A stretch of 64,000 nt of DNA from Sedimentisphaeraceae bacterium JB056. Its GTDB lineage: Bacteria > Planctomycetota > Phycisphaerae > Sedimentisphaerales > Sedimentisphaeraceae. The stretch spans positions 1-64,000 of the forward strand of contig JBITAJ010000003.1 in the NCBI GenBank assembly GCA_044440125.1, given 5' to 3'. Below the pieces are notes generated by a model. It was not told the DNA's origin. It was given only the letters and a program-made list of their open reading frames with translations, and did not search any database. Shown here piece after piece: positions 38,673-48,743 of the stretch (positions within the stretch are counted from its first letter, which is position 1; each line of letters starts with the position of its first letter). The position numbers and the translations under genes are program-made.

Positions 38673-41282
38673 ATGGTTAAGAAGGTTCGTTCCGGAAAAA
38701 GTGCGGTTTTTTCGGCAGCGGCGTTTTTGCTAATCTCTTTTGCGAGTATCGCGCTCTCAAAAGATTACAGGATCGGCGTTGCGGCAAGTAATATCAATAC
38801 TATCGACGATAAATGGTTGTATACTGCTGAGTATCTCTCAGATCAAATACCCGAAGATAATTTCAGCATAGTTCCATTGTCTTACAATGATTTGGTATCC
38901 GCTTGTCAGGCACGTATAGTTGATTTCACAATTACCGACCCTGCCCTGCTTGTTTATCTCGAAGAAAAGCACGGTTCCCGCTGTGTTGCCACTCTTGCTG
39001 AAACACAAAACGGCCAGAACATAATAGACCAATATTCAAGCACTATCTTCTGTATGAGCGACCGTTATGACATACAAAAGCTGGCGGACTTAAGAAACAA
39101 GCGTATTGCCACGATTGACAGCAACTCATTTGCCGGCTGGTTAATGGCCAAAAGAGAGCTCTTAAATAACGGTATAGACCCTTATAAGAACATACAAAGC
39201 ATCAATTTCACAGGTTCAGAGGAAGCAGTAATTGAAGCAGTCAAGAATGGCAGCTCCGATATAGGTATCGTACCAAGCGGCACACTTGAAAAGATGCACA
39301 GAACAGGACTAATCAACCTTGCTACAATCAAAGTAATCAACGGTATAGATTCCGATGAGCTCAAAATGCTGCACTCAACCCAAACATACCCCCACTGGGG
39401 ATTTAGTGCTTTGGCTCATATAACAGATGAAACAGCAAGATCTATCGCAGTAGAACTGATGGGAATAGCACCGCAGGAAACGCAGCAAATCCCTGTTCAA
39501 TGGTCTGGGTGGACAATAAAAGGCGACTATCAAAAAGTACGCGATTGTCTTAAAAGCATACATTTCACTCCCTACGAAGCAGTCAGTACAGCAGGCGGCC
39601 AGACATTTTTCCAGGTATATTACTGGCCGTTGATAATTATAGCCGTAATCATAGCAATAACATTGATTATCGCTATAAAGACATGGGATATAAAAGACAA
39701 ATTCAATTCACTTAAAACAGAACATGAAAATGAAATAGTCGCAAGAATTAATGATCAATCCGGTCTCGCTCTATCAAATCTTGCTAAAAGCAGATTCATA
39801 GCCAACATGGGACATGAAATCAGAACACCAATGAATGCAATAATCGGATTCTGCGACCTGATGAGTGACTATGAAATAGACCATCAATTGAGATCGTATG
39901 TGCAAAAAATAAGAACAAGCAGCCGCTCACTGCTGCATCTGATTAACGACATCATTGATTTCTCAAAAATGGAAGCCGGCAAGCTCGATGTTGAGCCTGT
40001 AATGTGTGATGTCAAACAAATGATCAAGAATGTCGAAGCAGGTCTTAAGAATTCAGCCAAAGAAAAAGGCATAGAATTCAAGCTCAAGCAGGAAGGAAGC
40101 ATACCCGCTTCAATAATAACTGATCCATTCCGTCTTAACCAATGTTTCACAAATCTTGGCAAGAATGCGATTGAATTCACAGAAAAAGGTCACGTACACT
40201 TTGTTGTATCTTCCTTTGACAGAGACAACAGGTCATATATAAAATTTTCGATTAAGGATACCGGAACAGGTATTGATCGCAAAATGCTGGAGACTATTTT
40301 CGAGCCGTTTTCGCAAGCCAGCCATATAATATCGCAAAAATACGGCGGGCCAGGTTTAGGGCTCTGTATAACAGGTAAATTAGTCAATCTGCTCGGCGGC
40401 ACGCTCGACTGCTCAAGTGAACCGGGTAAAGGTTCGACTTTTACTATTACATTACCGACAGGACTCTCTACAAAAGAAAGCAAAATGCTGGATGCCAAAA
40501 CCATAGAGCACCCGCTTCAGTCTAACAAGGACATGCTGAGCGTAAAATTCGATGGGCGTATACTTGTTGCCGAAGACAGCCTGACAAATCAACTCCTGAT
40601 CAAAATATATCTCGAGAAGATGGGTATAGATGTCGACATAGTAGAAAATGGAGCTTTGGCAGTCGAAAAAGCGCAATCGGAAAAATACGACCTGATATTA
40701 ATGGATATGCTCATGCCTGAAATGGACGGCTATCAGGCTGTATCGATTTTGAAAAAACAAGGCTGCGCGATACCTATCGTAGCTCTTACAGCCAACGCTA
40801 TGAAGGGTGATCTTGAGAAATGCCTTGAAGCCGGATGCGATGAATATATTTCAAAACCTATCGACAGGTCAATATTAACGAACGTACTCAGAAGATACCT
40901 CAAAGTCGCCTTTGACAGCGATGAAAGAACTGGAGCTCCCGGCTACCACAGAAGCCTTCTCATCAAACGTATCATAGAATCATGTGGAGGCGACGAGGAA
41001 ACTGCAAGAATAGCGATAGCAGCGTTCATAAAAGACGGACCTCTGTGCATACGAAGCATGGAAAAGGCTCTTGATCAGGAAAACTTTAACGACATATCTC
41101 TTTACGCCAACAGGCTTAAGATAGCTTCAACCCATATCCTTGCAGAGAAACTGCAGAAGAAAACCGAAGACCTTGAAAATGCGGCCAAAAAAAGTGACTT
41201 TGTTACATGCCAGGATATGTACAGCCAGACAAAGGAGCAGTTTGACAAGGCACTCCAATACCTAAGCCCAGAAGCAGAGTAA
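38673..41282 (+). CDS. Hybrid sensor histidine kinase: PhnD-like periplasmic domain, TM, HisKA, HATPase, REC, degenerate Hpt
   Basis: Signal; SFAGWL; TM WPLIIIAVIIAITLIIAI; HEIRTPMN; DTGTGI; GLGL; EDS..DLILMDMLMPEMDG..KP. Confidence 0.93.
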   Translation: MVKKVRSGKSAVFSAAAFLLISFASIALSKDYRIGVAASNINTIDDKWLYTAEYLSDQIPEDNFSIVPLSYNDLVSACQARIVDFTITDPALLVYLEEKHGSRCVATLAETQNGQNIIDQYSSTIFCMSDRYDIQKLADLRNKRIATIDSNSFAGWLMAKRELLNNGIDPYKNIQSINFTGSEEAVIEAVKNGSSDIGIVPSGTLEKMHRTGLINLATIKVINGIDSDELKMLHSTQTYPHWGFSALAHITDETARSIAVELMGIAPQETQQIPVQWSGWTIKGDYQKVRDCLKSIHFTPYEAVSTAGGQTFFQVYYWPLIIIAVIIAITLIIAIKTWDIKDKFNSLKTEHENEIVARINDQSGLALSNLAKSRFIANMGHEIRTPMNAIIGFCDLMSDYEIDHQLRSYVQKIRTSSRSLLHLINDIIDFSKMEAGKLDVEPVMCDVKQMIKNVEAGLKNSAKEKGIEFKLKQEGSIPASIITDPFRLNQCFTNLGKNAIEFTEKGHVHFVVSSFDRDNRSYIKFSIKDTGTGIDRKMLETIFEPFSQASHIISQKYGGPGLGLCITGKLVNLLGGTLDCSSEPGKGSTFTITLPTGLSTKESKMLDAKTIEHPLQSNKDMLSVKFDGRILVAEDSLTNQLLIKIYLEKMGIDVDIVENGALAVEKAQSEKYDLILMDMLMPEMDGYQAVSILKKQGCAIPIVALTANAMKGDLEKCLEAGCDEYISKPIDRSILTNVLRRYLKVAFDSDERTGAPGYHRSLLIKRIIESCGGDEETARIAIAAFIKDGPLCIRSMEKALDQENFNDISLYANRLKIASTHILAEKLQKKTEDLENAAKKSDFVTCQDMYSQTKEQFDKALQYLSPEAE

Positions 41283-41341
41283 TATAAACAATACAGTGCA
41301 ATAAAGATATGAACGTACAATCTGAGATATAATAAACGGTA

Positions 41342-41371
41342 TGTAGAGACGCGATTAATCGCGTCTCTACA
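41342..41371. repeat. GTAG-type REP palindrome
   Basis: Perfect 30-bp palindrome TGTAGAGACGCGATTAATCGCGTCTCTACA. Confidence 0.75.
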
Positions 41372-41418
41372 ATTTATCACAATTGCTGTTACAGATTTAC
41401 GTTCAATCACAACCCATT

Positions 41419-41466
41419 AAAAAAGGGGGATGAATAAATTAATATTCATCCCCCTTTTGTTTTTTT
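41419..41466. terminator. Bidirectional terminator
   Basis: AAAAAAGGGGGATGAATA...TATTCATCCCCCTTTTGTTTTTTT between convergent genes. Confidence 0.85.
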
Positions 41467-41483
41467 ATATTGCGTTGCTTAGA

Positions 41484-43274
41484 TTACGCAAGCTCAGGTA
41501 CTGCACCTGCAAGCTCGTTGTAATCTTCAAAACTGCTTGTATCGGCAGATTTGATAGAAGCTGCCCAAGCCGCAATCTTAGGTACATTCTTAGTGATATA
41601 CCTCTTAGCAATCTTAGCTTTACGCTCCTTCATGCTTACCTTGGTACCCTTGTTGTCAACAGCAACCATCATATCTTTCTTGAAACTTGCCTGCTGACAG
41701 AACAGGTAACCGCCGATAATCTTAACAGCGATATCGACAAGGTCGCGACCGTAAAGATCCATGTAGTCAATGCCCTTATCCTTGACAAACTCAACACACT
41801 CAGCAAGAGTCTTTGTGTTTTCAGCAAGAATATCAAGCAGATCCTTGAGGTTCGTATCATACTCAGCACCAGCGAGCTCTTCAATATATTTCTGAGCAGT
41901 TCCGTTGTTTACGCCGCGAACAGCCGCAACAACCTGAAGCTGTGTTGTACCTTCGTAGATATTTGTGATACGTGCGTCACGGTAGTATCTCTCGCAAGGA
42001 TAGTCACGCATAAATCCACTGCCGCCAAGAATCTGGATAGAATCATAAGAAACACTGTTAGCCATCTCGGTAGAGATATACTTACTCATTGGTGTAAGCA
42101 TAGCAGCATAACGCTTGATCATACGCTGTGCCTTCTTAGCTTCTTTCTTCTGCTCAGGCGTATAGTCCTCGCCTTCGATTATTCTATGGTAACCAACTTC
42201 GTGGTCAACGATACGGCATGTTTCGTACAGAAGCGAACGGCTTTCTTCAAGCTCAATCTTCATATCGATAAGCAGATCACGAACAGCAGGAAGTTTTTCA
42301 ATTGCTCCACCGAACTGCTCACGAGATGCTGCGTAATCTCTTGCTACGCGGTAAGCAGCTTCACCGATACCAACGCCCTGTGCTGAGATACCAACACGAG
42401 CACCGTTCATAAGAGCCATAACGTAAGTTACAAGTCCGCGTTGTCTTTCACCTACAAGCTTACATGGTGTATTGTCGAAGAAGATTTCACAAGTTGGAGA
42501 AGCATGGATACCCATCTTATCCTCAATACGACGGATATGTACGGTTGGGCCAGGGCCGCAAACAAAAAGACTGAGTCCAAGACCGCCGCTACGATCCGGT
42601 TCACTTCTTGCCATAACCAGCAATACTTCACCACAGCCGTTTGTAATAAAACGCTTTACACCGTTAAGATACCACTGTCCGTCAGCATCCTGGAAGGCTT
42701 TCACCTTACACGCCTGAAGGTCAGAACCGGCATCTGGCTCAGTAAGAACCATAGCACCGGTTGTCTTACCGGCAGCCAATTCGTGAAGATATTCCTGCTT
42801 GATTTCTTCACTTGCGAAAGAGTTGATTGTTTCAGCAATTCCCTGAAGACCGAAGATGTTCATAAGTGAAGCATCACCACGGCTTATCATCTCGTTAGCA
42901 ACTGAGAGGATAAGTGAAGGGAAGTTGAGTCCGCCAAACCTGTGAGGCAGTGTCATACCCATAAGCTCTGCCTTAGCAAGCTTATCAAGTATTTCATACA
43001 TACCTTCAGGACGAATAACCTCACCATCTTCGGTGAGCTTGTTTCCGGTTCTGTCCATCTCTTCACTTCTTGGAGCAACAAAGTCACCGCAAAGTGCACC
43101 GAGAGAATCCATTACCAGCTTATAGTTTTCAGCCGCTTCTTCGCCGTCAGCAGGTGCAAAATCAAACTCTTTTGCAAACTTGTAACCCTCTTCCATAAAA
43201 TTAGCGAGAGTGCCAAGATCCATATTTTCCAGCAAGAACCGGATATCATCATTATCTTTGTAAAAGTTAGCCAT
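41484..43274 (-). CDS. Acyl-CoA dehydrogenase (long form, ETF-coupled)
   Basis: MVLTEPDAGSD, NGVKRFITNG, EDKMGI, REQFG, QILGGSG, IYEGTTQLQ. Confidence 0.95.
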   Translation of the reverse strand: MANFYKDNDDIRFLLENMDLGTLANFMEEGYKFAKEFDFAPADGEEAAENYKLVMDSLGALCGDFVAPRSEEMDRTGNKLTEDGEVIRPEGMYEILDKLAKAELMGMTLPHRFGGLNFPSLILSVANEMISRGDASLMNIFGLQGIAETINSFASEEIKQEYLHELAAGKTTGAMVLTEPDAGSDLQACKVKAFQDADGQWYLNGVKRFITNGCGEVLLVMARSEPDRSGGLGLSLFVCGPGPTVHIRRIEDKMGIHASPTCEIFFDNTPCKLVGERQRGLVTYVMALMNGARVGISAQGVGIGEAAYRVARDYAASREQFGGAIEKLPAVRDLLIDMKIELEESRSLLYETCRIVDHEVGYHRIIEGEDYTPEQKKEAKKAQRMIKRYAAMLTPMSKYISTEMANSVSYDSIQILGGSGFMRDYPCERYYRDARITNIYEGTTQLQVVAAVRGVNNGTAQKYIEELAGAEYDTNLKDLLDILAENTKTLAECVEFVKDKGIDYMDLYGRDLVDIAVKIIGGYLFCQQASFKKDMMVAVDNKGTKVSMKERKAKIAKRYITKNVPKIAAWAASIKSADTSSFEDYNELAGAVPELA

Positions 43275-43289
43275 AATATATTCCGTTTA

Positions 43290-44318
43290 TTATACTTTTT
43301 CCTTAACAGCCTTGATCATCATCGGCACTACATCGTTAAGATCACCAACGATCTTGTAATGTGCAACATTGAAAATAGGAGCTTCAGGATCGTTATTTAT
43401 AGCGATGATCTTCTTACTCTCTACCATACCGGCCTGATGCTGTATAGCACCGCTGAGACCAATTGCGATATAGAGACTTGGACGAACTGTAGTACCGGTT
43501 TGTCCAACCTGATGGTCAGAACCGATAAAACCAAGGTCGCAAGCTGCTCTTGTAGCACCTGGTACTCCGCCAAGAGCATTAGCAAGATCCCATACCAAAC
43601 GGAAGTTTTCTTTACTTCCAACACCTGCACCACCTGCAACTACAATACGTGAAGCCTTGAGATTCACGCTCTTGCTGCGGCGTACTTCATCAATGATTTC
43701 AATAGGAAGATCATTGCTGCCTACAGAAACTACCTCTTCGCAAATTTCACCCTTACGGCTTACATTCGGCTCAGGCATAGGCATTACACCTTCACGTACT
43801 GTTGCCATCTGCGGCCAGCGGTCATAGTTGATAATAGTAGCAATAATATTACCACCAAATGCCGGACGAATCTGAAGAAGAAGATTATCGAATACTTCAC
43901 CAGTTTTCTTGATTTCGTGCTTACCAATCTGAAGATCTGTACAATCTGCTGTTAGACCTGCCTTCATCTGGCTTGCAATACGAGGAGCAACATCACGTCC
44001 CATAGGAGTTGCACCATAGATAACAACCTGAGGCTTATATTTTTCGATAAGCTCACAAACTGTCTTTGTATATGAATTTGTCTGGAAATGCTCGAGAAGC
44101 GGGTTGTCACATACGTATACTTTGTCTGCTCCATACTGCACCAGTGTTGTAGCTAATGCTTTGATGTTACTTCCAAGAAGAACAGCTCCAACCTTAACGC
44201 CAAGCTTATCAGCAAGCTCACGGGCTCTTCCCATAAGCTCAAGGGAGATATCTTCAAGTTTTCCTGCGTGCTGTTCGGCTAATACCCAAACTTCACCTTG
44301 CTTATTTACTTCTATCAT
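43290..44318 (-). CDS. etfA: Electron transfer flavoprotein alpha subunit
   Basis: GLTADCT, RPAFGGN, PQMATVR, QVGQTG, GLSGAIQH, AINNDPEAPIF. Confidence 0.96.
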   Translation of the reverse strand: MIEVNKQGEVWVLAEQHAGKLEDISLELMGRARELADKLGVKVGAVLLGSNIKALATTLVQYGADKVYVCDNPLLEHFQTNSYTKTVCELIEKYKPQVVIYGATPMGRDVAPRIASQMKAGLTADCTDLQIGKHEIKKTGEVFDNLLLQIRPAFGGNIIATIINYDRWPQMATVREGVMPMPEPNVSRKGEICEEVVSVGSNDLPIEIIDEVRRSKSVNLKASRIVVAGGAGVGSKENFRLVWDLANALGGVPGATRAACDLGFIGSDHQVGQTGTTVRPSLYIAIGLSGAIQHQAGMVESKKIIAINNDPEAPIFNVAHYKIVGDLNDVVPMMIKAVKEKV

Positions 44319-44333
44319 AATTTATCTGCTCCC

Positions 44334-45218
44334 TTAACCGATAGTATGGTCTTCAATCATTTCATGGATCATATTATTGATAGCGTCCTGAGTAGGATCT
44401 ACATCCTTAGTCTCCTTAGCGGTAAGAACAACGCTCATAATGCGATGTACTTTTGTAGGAGAACCGTCACGACCGCACCACTGAAGATCGGCGTCAATCT
44501 GCTCAAGATCAAACTGCTTGATAAGGAGTCCCTTATCCTCAAGCTCTTTACAGACAGCCTCTGCATCAGCACCGCTCTCTTTAGCTTCCATCTGAACTTC
44601 TACAGGAGCTTTAGCTTTCTTGAACTTCATCAGTCTCTTAGCAGCAGAAACTCTTGGCTCATTGGCTTCATCTGTAACAGTAAGAAGCAGCGGAAGCTTG
44701 CACTTAACATCCTGCCAACCGTTACCAATGTTACGACGACATGTCAACTCACCATCTTTAATATCATTAAGCTCTTCAACATAAGTTACCTGCGGAATCT
44801 CAAGCTTCTCAGCAAGCTGAGGACCAACCTGAGCAGTATCACCATCAATAGCCTGACGACCGCAAAGAACGATATCGTAACCGATTTTCTTTACTGCCTG
44901 ACTAAGGATATAACTTGTTGCGAGAGTATCACTTGCAGCACATTTACGGTCAGTTACCAGAACAGCATCATCTGCACCCATGAAAAGCGCGTCACGCAGA
45001 ACGTTAGCTGCTGCCGGCAGACCCATTGTTACTGCTGTTACAGTACCGCCAAATTTCTCTTTAATCTCAAGAGCAAGCTCAAGAGCATTAAGATCTTCCG
45101 GATTGAAAATTGCCGGAAGAGCCGCACGGTTTACCGTACCATCTTCGTTCATCGCCTCGCCTGTGATCCTGCTTGTATCAGGAACCTGCTTAACGAGGAC
45201 TACACATCTATAAGCCAC
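44334..45218 (-). CDS. etfB: Electron transfer flavoprotein beta subunit
   Basis: VKQVPD, NPEDLNALE, DTLATS, GRQAIDGDTAQVGP, GSPT; GTG start. Confidence 0.96.
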   Translation of the reverse strand: MAYRCVVLVKQVPDTSRITGEAMNEDGTVNRAALPAIFNPEDLNALELALEIKEKFGGTVTAVTMGLPAAANVLRDALFMGADDAVLVTDRKCAASDTLATSYILSQAVKKIGYDIVLCGRQAIDGDTAQVGPQLAEKLEIPQVTYVEELNDIKDGELTCRRNIGNGWQDVKCKLPLLLTVTDEANEPRVSAAKRLMKFKKAKAPVEVQMEAKESGADAEAVCKELEDKGLLIKQFDLEQIDADLQWCGRDGSPTKVHRIMSVVLTAKETKDVDPTQDAINNMIHEMIEDHTIG

Positions 45219-45379
45219 TAAATAATCTCCTATTTGTTAGACTAATTTGATACCACCATTAGAAGCCATAAGCAAACAAAAAGTACCTAAAAACGCTTTT
45301 GATAATAAATCCAAATAAAGCATGGAGGCACTTTGTAAGTACTGACTAATATTGGTGTTTTAACGCCAAAATTTAGCGT

Positions 45380-45407
45380 ATCTTACAGAAAAAGCCGTAA
45401 AAGTCAA
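45380..45407 (-). promoter_or_regulatory. Sigma70-like promoter for the etfBA-acyl-CoA dehydrogenase operon
   Basis: Minus strand TTGACT-N16-TAAGAT. Confidence 0.5.
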
Positions 45408-45537
45408 ACAAAAAGATTGTAGACTTAAGATGTCGCAAAATGAATCGAGCAGCATTAAGCAGAGTATAATTCAAATAAATTGAATCTGAAATTCAAAAGC
45501 TTTATATTTTAAGAGAAGCCGCTGGATTACCTGAGCC

Positions 45538-46041
45538 TCAAAACCTTTTAAGCACATCGCATCTGAAGAACTCCTCTTTAGCAATCTTGCTTCCAGTTGC
45601 TGTCTTAAAGACTTTATTGATAAGCTTTTGTAGTTTTTCGCCCTGCATATCAGGAAACTCAACAGGTATATTTACCATCCAGTCAGCATCCCAAACAATC
45701 TTGAATTCTGTGCTGTTAATCCCCTTATCGGAATGATGATTTGCTATTATATCACAAACATGATCAACTTTTTCCTCTGAAAGATCATATTTAGATAAAA
45801 TTTCACGGGCTATAGGAGGACCTTCCAGCTCCTGATAATTCCCAGCCGAAGATCCGTGTTTCTTCTCCGCCTCCTGTATGCCGATATCATGAAGTATAGC
45901 TGAAGCAACAATAACTTCCCTATCTCCACCTTCAACATCTGCTATTTGTTCGGCATATTCAAGGACAGAAAGCGCATGATCTATTCTCCGGCGGTCTTTT
46001 CCAAAAAGCCGTTTCATATCATTTATAAGATTTTTTCGCAT
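45538..46041 (-). CDS. HD-domain metal-dependent phosphohydrolase
   Basis: DHALSV, ILHDIG, ANHH, WDAD. Confidence 0.88.
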   Translation of the reverse strand: MRKNLINDMKRLFGKDRRRIDHALSVLEYAEQIADVEGGDREVIVASAILHDIGIQEAEKKHGSSAGNYQELEGPPIAREILSKYDLSEEKVDHVCDIIANHHSDKGINSTEFKIVWDADWMVNIPVEFPDMQGEKLQKLINKVFKTATGSKIAKEEFFRCDVLKRF

Positions 46042-46044
46042 CTT

Positions 46045-46383
46045 TTACTCCCTTATCATTATCAGCATCATCTTAAATTTCTCTTCTGCTGAAACTGAAT
46101 GGGGAATATTTGCCGGCATTATTATAATCTGGTCTTCCGAAACGGCATTAGCTTTTCCATCAATATTTATAATACCATTACCGTCTATGACCTGAATAAC
46201 CGCATCATAAGGAGCCGTATGCTCGCTGAGTTTCTGTCCTTTGTCAAACGCAAACAATGTTATAGTTCCGACTGGTTTATCTATGACAGTTTTGCTGACA
46301 ATGGAATCTTCAGAATATTTGACCAGTTCAGACAGTCCGGCGGGCTTTGCCAGACATGCACCAAGTAGGTTTGCTTCACTCAT
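46045..46383 (-). CDS. Cupin-domain protein
   Basis: FAFDKGQKLSEHTAP...MPANIPHSV. Confidence 0.9.
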   Translation of the reverse strand: MSEANLLGACLAKPAGLSELVKYSEDSIVSKTVIDKPVGTITLFAFDKGQKLSEHTAPYDAVIQVIDGNGIINIDGKANAVSEDQIIIMPANIPHSVSAEEKFKMMLIMIRE

Positions 46384-46441
46384 GTTTATCTCCTGTTGCT
46401 GCTTAATAACTTGTAGTTAAAATAATATATATATTATGATA

Positions 46442-47362
46442 TCATGGTTTCTCTATCGGTAATTGCTCAACAGCCGCCCATTGACTCCAGCTTCCATCAT
46501 ACCATAACACCTTTGGGTATCCCAAAAGATATTTCAGTACAAAAAACGTTTGAGAAGCCTGAAGTCCAGTTCTGCAATGAACAATTACAGTGCTATCCTT
46601 GGAAGGAATTATATCTGAATACTCAGATGAAAGCTGCTTTGTTCTCTTAAATACCGGATATCCAAGAGATTCATCAAAATCTTCTCCAATAGGTCTGTTA
46701 ACAGCACCTGGAATATGGCCTGCTCTGGCTTCATCAGACTTGACGGCATTGTAGTAATCAGATGGCCTAACATCGATTATCACTATTTGCGGATTATCTA
46801 AGGCGGAAAACACTTCCTGATAATCTACCGTCACTTCTTCAGTATCGCAAGCCTTATACTCAGACTGTTGGGCTGTTGCCAAACGCTGGTCAACAACCAT
46901 ACCTCTCTCTACCCACTTATTAAAACCTCCATCAAGAATACAAAAACTCTCATGCCCGAGTCTTTGACAGCTCATTGACGCAAGCGTTGCATCATAAATT
47001 TTGTCGCCATAGACGAAGACAATCATGTCTGAAGCTTGAATTCCCATAAGCGAGTAATGCTTAGCGAGAATGTCCGATGGAAGCAAAAGAGGCCCAAAGC
47101 CTTCTATATTACCCCTAAAGCTTTCGACATTAAGAGACAATGAACCCGGAATATGTGATTTATTGTAAGAAGGCGTCTTGCTTAAGTCAATTACAACAAT
47201 ATCCTCAACACCTAAATTCTCTGCAAGCCAGTCAACTGAAACTAATTTTGGTATGTTATCAGGATTAGTTTTCTCACCACATTCAGCCTCAAATATACCT
47301 AAAGTGATAAAGAACAAAATACCTAATAAGCTTAAATATGTCTTTTCTCCTATATCTCTCAT
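46442..47362 (-). CDS. Tandem-domain rhodanese/sulfurtransferase with N-terminal hydrophobic signal
   Basis: HIPGS, LDGG..KW, GHIPGAVN, active-site CRTGLQA, YDGSWSQW. Confidence 0.9.
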   Translation of the reverse strand: MRDIGEKTYLSLLGILFFITLGIFEAECGEKTNPDNIPKLVSVDWLAENLGVEDIVVIDLSKTPSYNKSHIPGSLSLNVESFRGNIEGFGPLLLPSDILAKHYSLMGIQASDMIVFVYGDKIYDATLASMSCQRLGHESFCILDGGFNKWVERGMVVDQRLATAQQSEYKACDTEEVTVDYQEVFSALDNPQIVIIDVRPSDYYNAVKSDEARAGHIPGAVNRPIGEDFDESLGYPVFKRTKQLSSEYSDIIPSKDSTVIVHCRTGLQASQTFFVLKYLLGYPKVLWYDGSWSQWAAVEQLPIEKP

Positions 47363-47525
47363 CTTTACCTCACTCTCTTTACCCTGTAACAGTCAAGTTT
47401 TCAAAGATAATTCTCATACCTTTGGATTATTACAGAAAAAGAGGATGATTTCAAGATTATTTTTAAAGAATGGGCAGGAGCGGCCTATTTTCCCTCATAT
47501 CTATTCCTGTTGCAACTTTGTATGC

Positions 47526-48623
47526 TTATCGCTTTTCATTACCTATATCGAATAATTCCAGAGGAACTAAGGTTGTAGTATTTTCGAGTTTTCCATCCAA
47601 CACAACAGAAAGTTTCTGTGCAGCAAGCTTACCAATAGAATGAAAACGTCTCAGAACAACTAATGCCTTGTTTTCACCCAAAAGAGGCATCAAATTATCG
47701 TAAACACTCTCATCAGTAGTTATAACAAAATTATGCCTGCCTAATAGTCGGGAAAGTTCATCGGGCGAATCAGAGTAAAATGCCCGCAAATCTCTATTAT
47801 TCGTAATAAAAACGCCACATCCCGGTTCATACGAAAGTAAACTTTCGATAAGTTTTTTTCGATAAAAATCGCCTCCGTACGGAAGCTGAACCGTTTCTAT
47901 ATCGAAACTATCATGATACAACTGGGAGATACCATTCATAAATGCGTCACGATATGGATAGACAAAGTATATTAACTTTTTACAGCCACTGTCTCTCAAA
48001 TAGGTTTTAACCTTTTCAGCCATGACATATATATTTTCCTCAATAACTGGAATATTAAGCTCAAAAGGTTCATGGGAGGTAACTACAACCGGAATTTTTG
48101 CCTTTACGATAGCCTTAACCGAGTTAATATATTTTTTATCGGGATAAAGCCATAAAACACCATCATATTCACCCTCTTTCAATTCCTTCACAAGTAATTG
48201 AGGGTCATCAAGATGTACAAACGGCGAGATCAAAGAAGGACGAATAGAAACCTTTTCACATTCCTCAAGAAGTCCTTTAGCCGTGGATCCATGCTCAATA
48301 GCAACTCCACCATCATATAAATGGAACATTGACAATACTGCAACATTCTTTTTTCGTTTTTTAACAGGATAATCGCCAATCAGCTTTACTAAAGCATCTT
48401 TTGACACATAAACACCACTACCGCGTACGGAATCTACAATACCCTGTTTACTCAACTGAGCTATAGCCGACTGAACTGGGTAGCTGCTGACTCCAACCAT
48501 TTTAGCAAGCTGCCTTACTGGCGGCAGTCTGTTACCGCTTGTAAACTCACCGGAAATTATATTTGATTTTATAAATTCAACTACCTGATAAGTTACTGTT
48601 TGAGTTTTTTGCTCTTTTGCCAT
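47526..48623 (-). CDS. GntR-family regulator with LacI-like effector domain (AraR-like)
   Basis: RLPPVRQLAKMVGVS...GSGVYV wHTH followed by a periplasmic-binding-like domain. Confidence 0.85.
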   Translation of the reverse strand: MAKEQKTQTVTYQVVEFIKSNIISGEFTSGNRLPPVRQLAKMVGVSSYPVQSAIAQLSKQGIVDSVRGSGVYVSKDALVKLIGDYPVKKRKKNVAVLSMFHLYDGGVAIEHGSTAKGLLEECEKVSIRPSLISPFVHLDDPQLLVKELKEGEYDGVLWLYPDKKYINSVKAIVKAKIPVVVTSHEPFELNIPVIEENIYVMAEKVKTYLRDSGCKKLIYFVYPYRDAFMNGISQLYHDSFDIETVQLPYGGDFYRKKLIESLLSYEPGCGVFITNNRDLRAFYSDSPDELSRLLGRHNFVITTDESVYDNLMPLLGENKALVVLRRFHSIGKLAAQKLSVVLDGKLENTTTLVPLELFDIGNEKR

Positions 48624-48673
48624 CTGAAACCATAGCCAGTAAATAAATATACTAATTTCATCCTAATGCGTTT

Positions 48674-48701
48674 ATTATAGCAACATTTACAGAATAGTCT
48701 A
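48674..48701 (-). promoter_or_regulatory. Sigma70-like promoter for the GntR gene
   Basis: Minus strand TAGACT-N16-TATAAT with extended TG. Confidence 0.55.
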
Positions 48702-48743
48702 ACCTCAAATCATAAGACATCGCAACTCGAAATTATAGTTTAA

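Noticed and set aside
41430..45221. Long plus-strand ORFs (318, 236, 307 aa), and similar ones at 6901, 32346 and 60852
   Set aside because: Antisense shadows of well-supported genes; no motifs or ribosome-binding sites.
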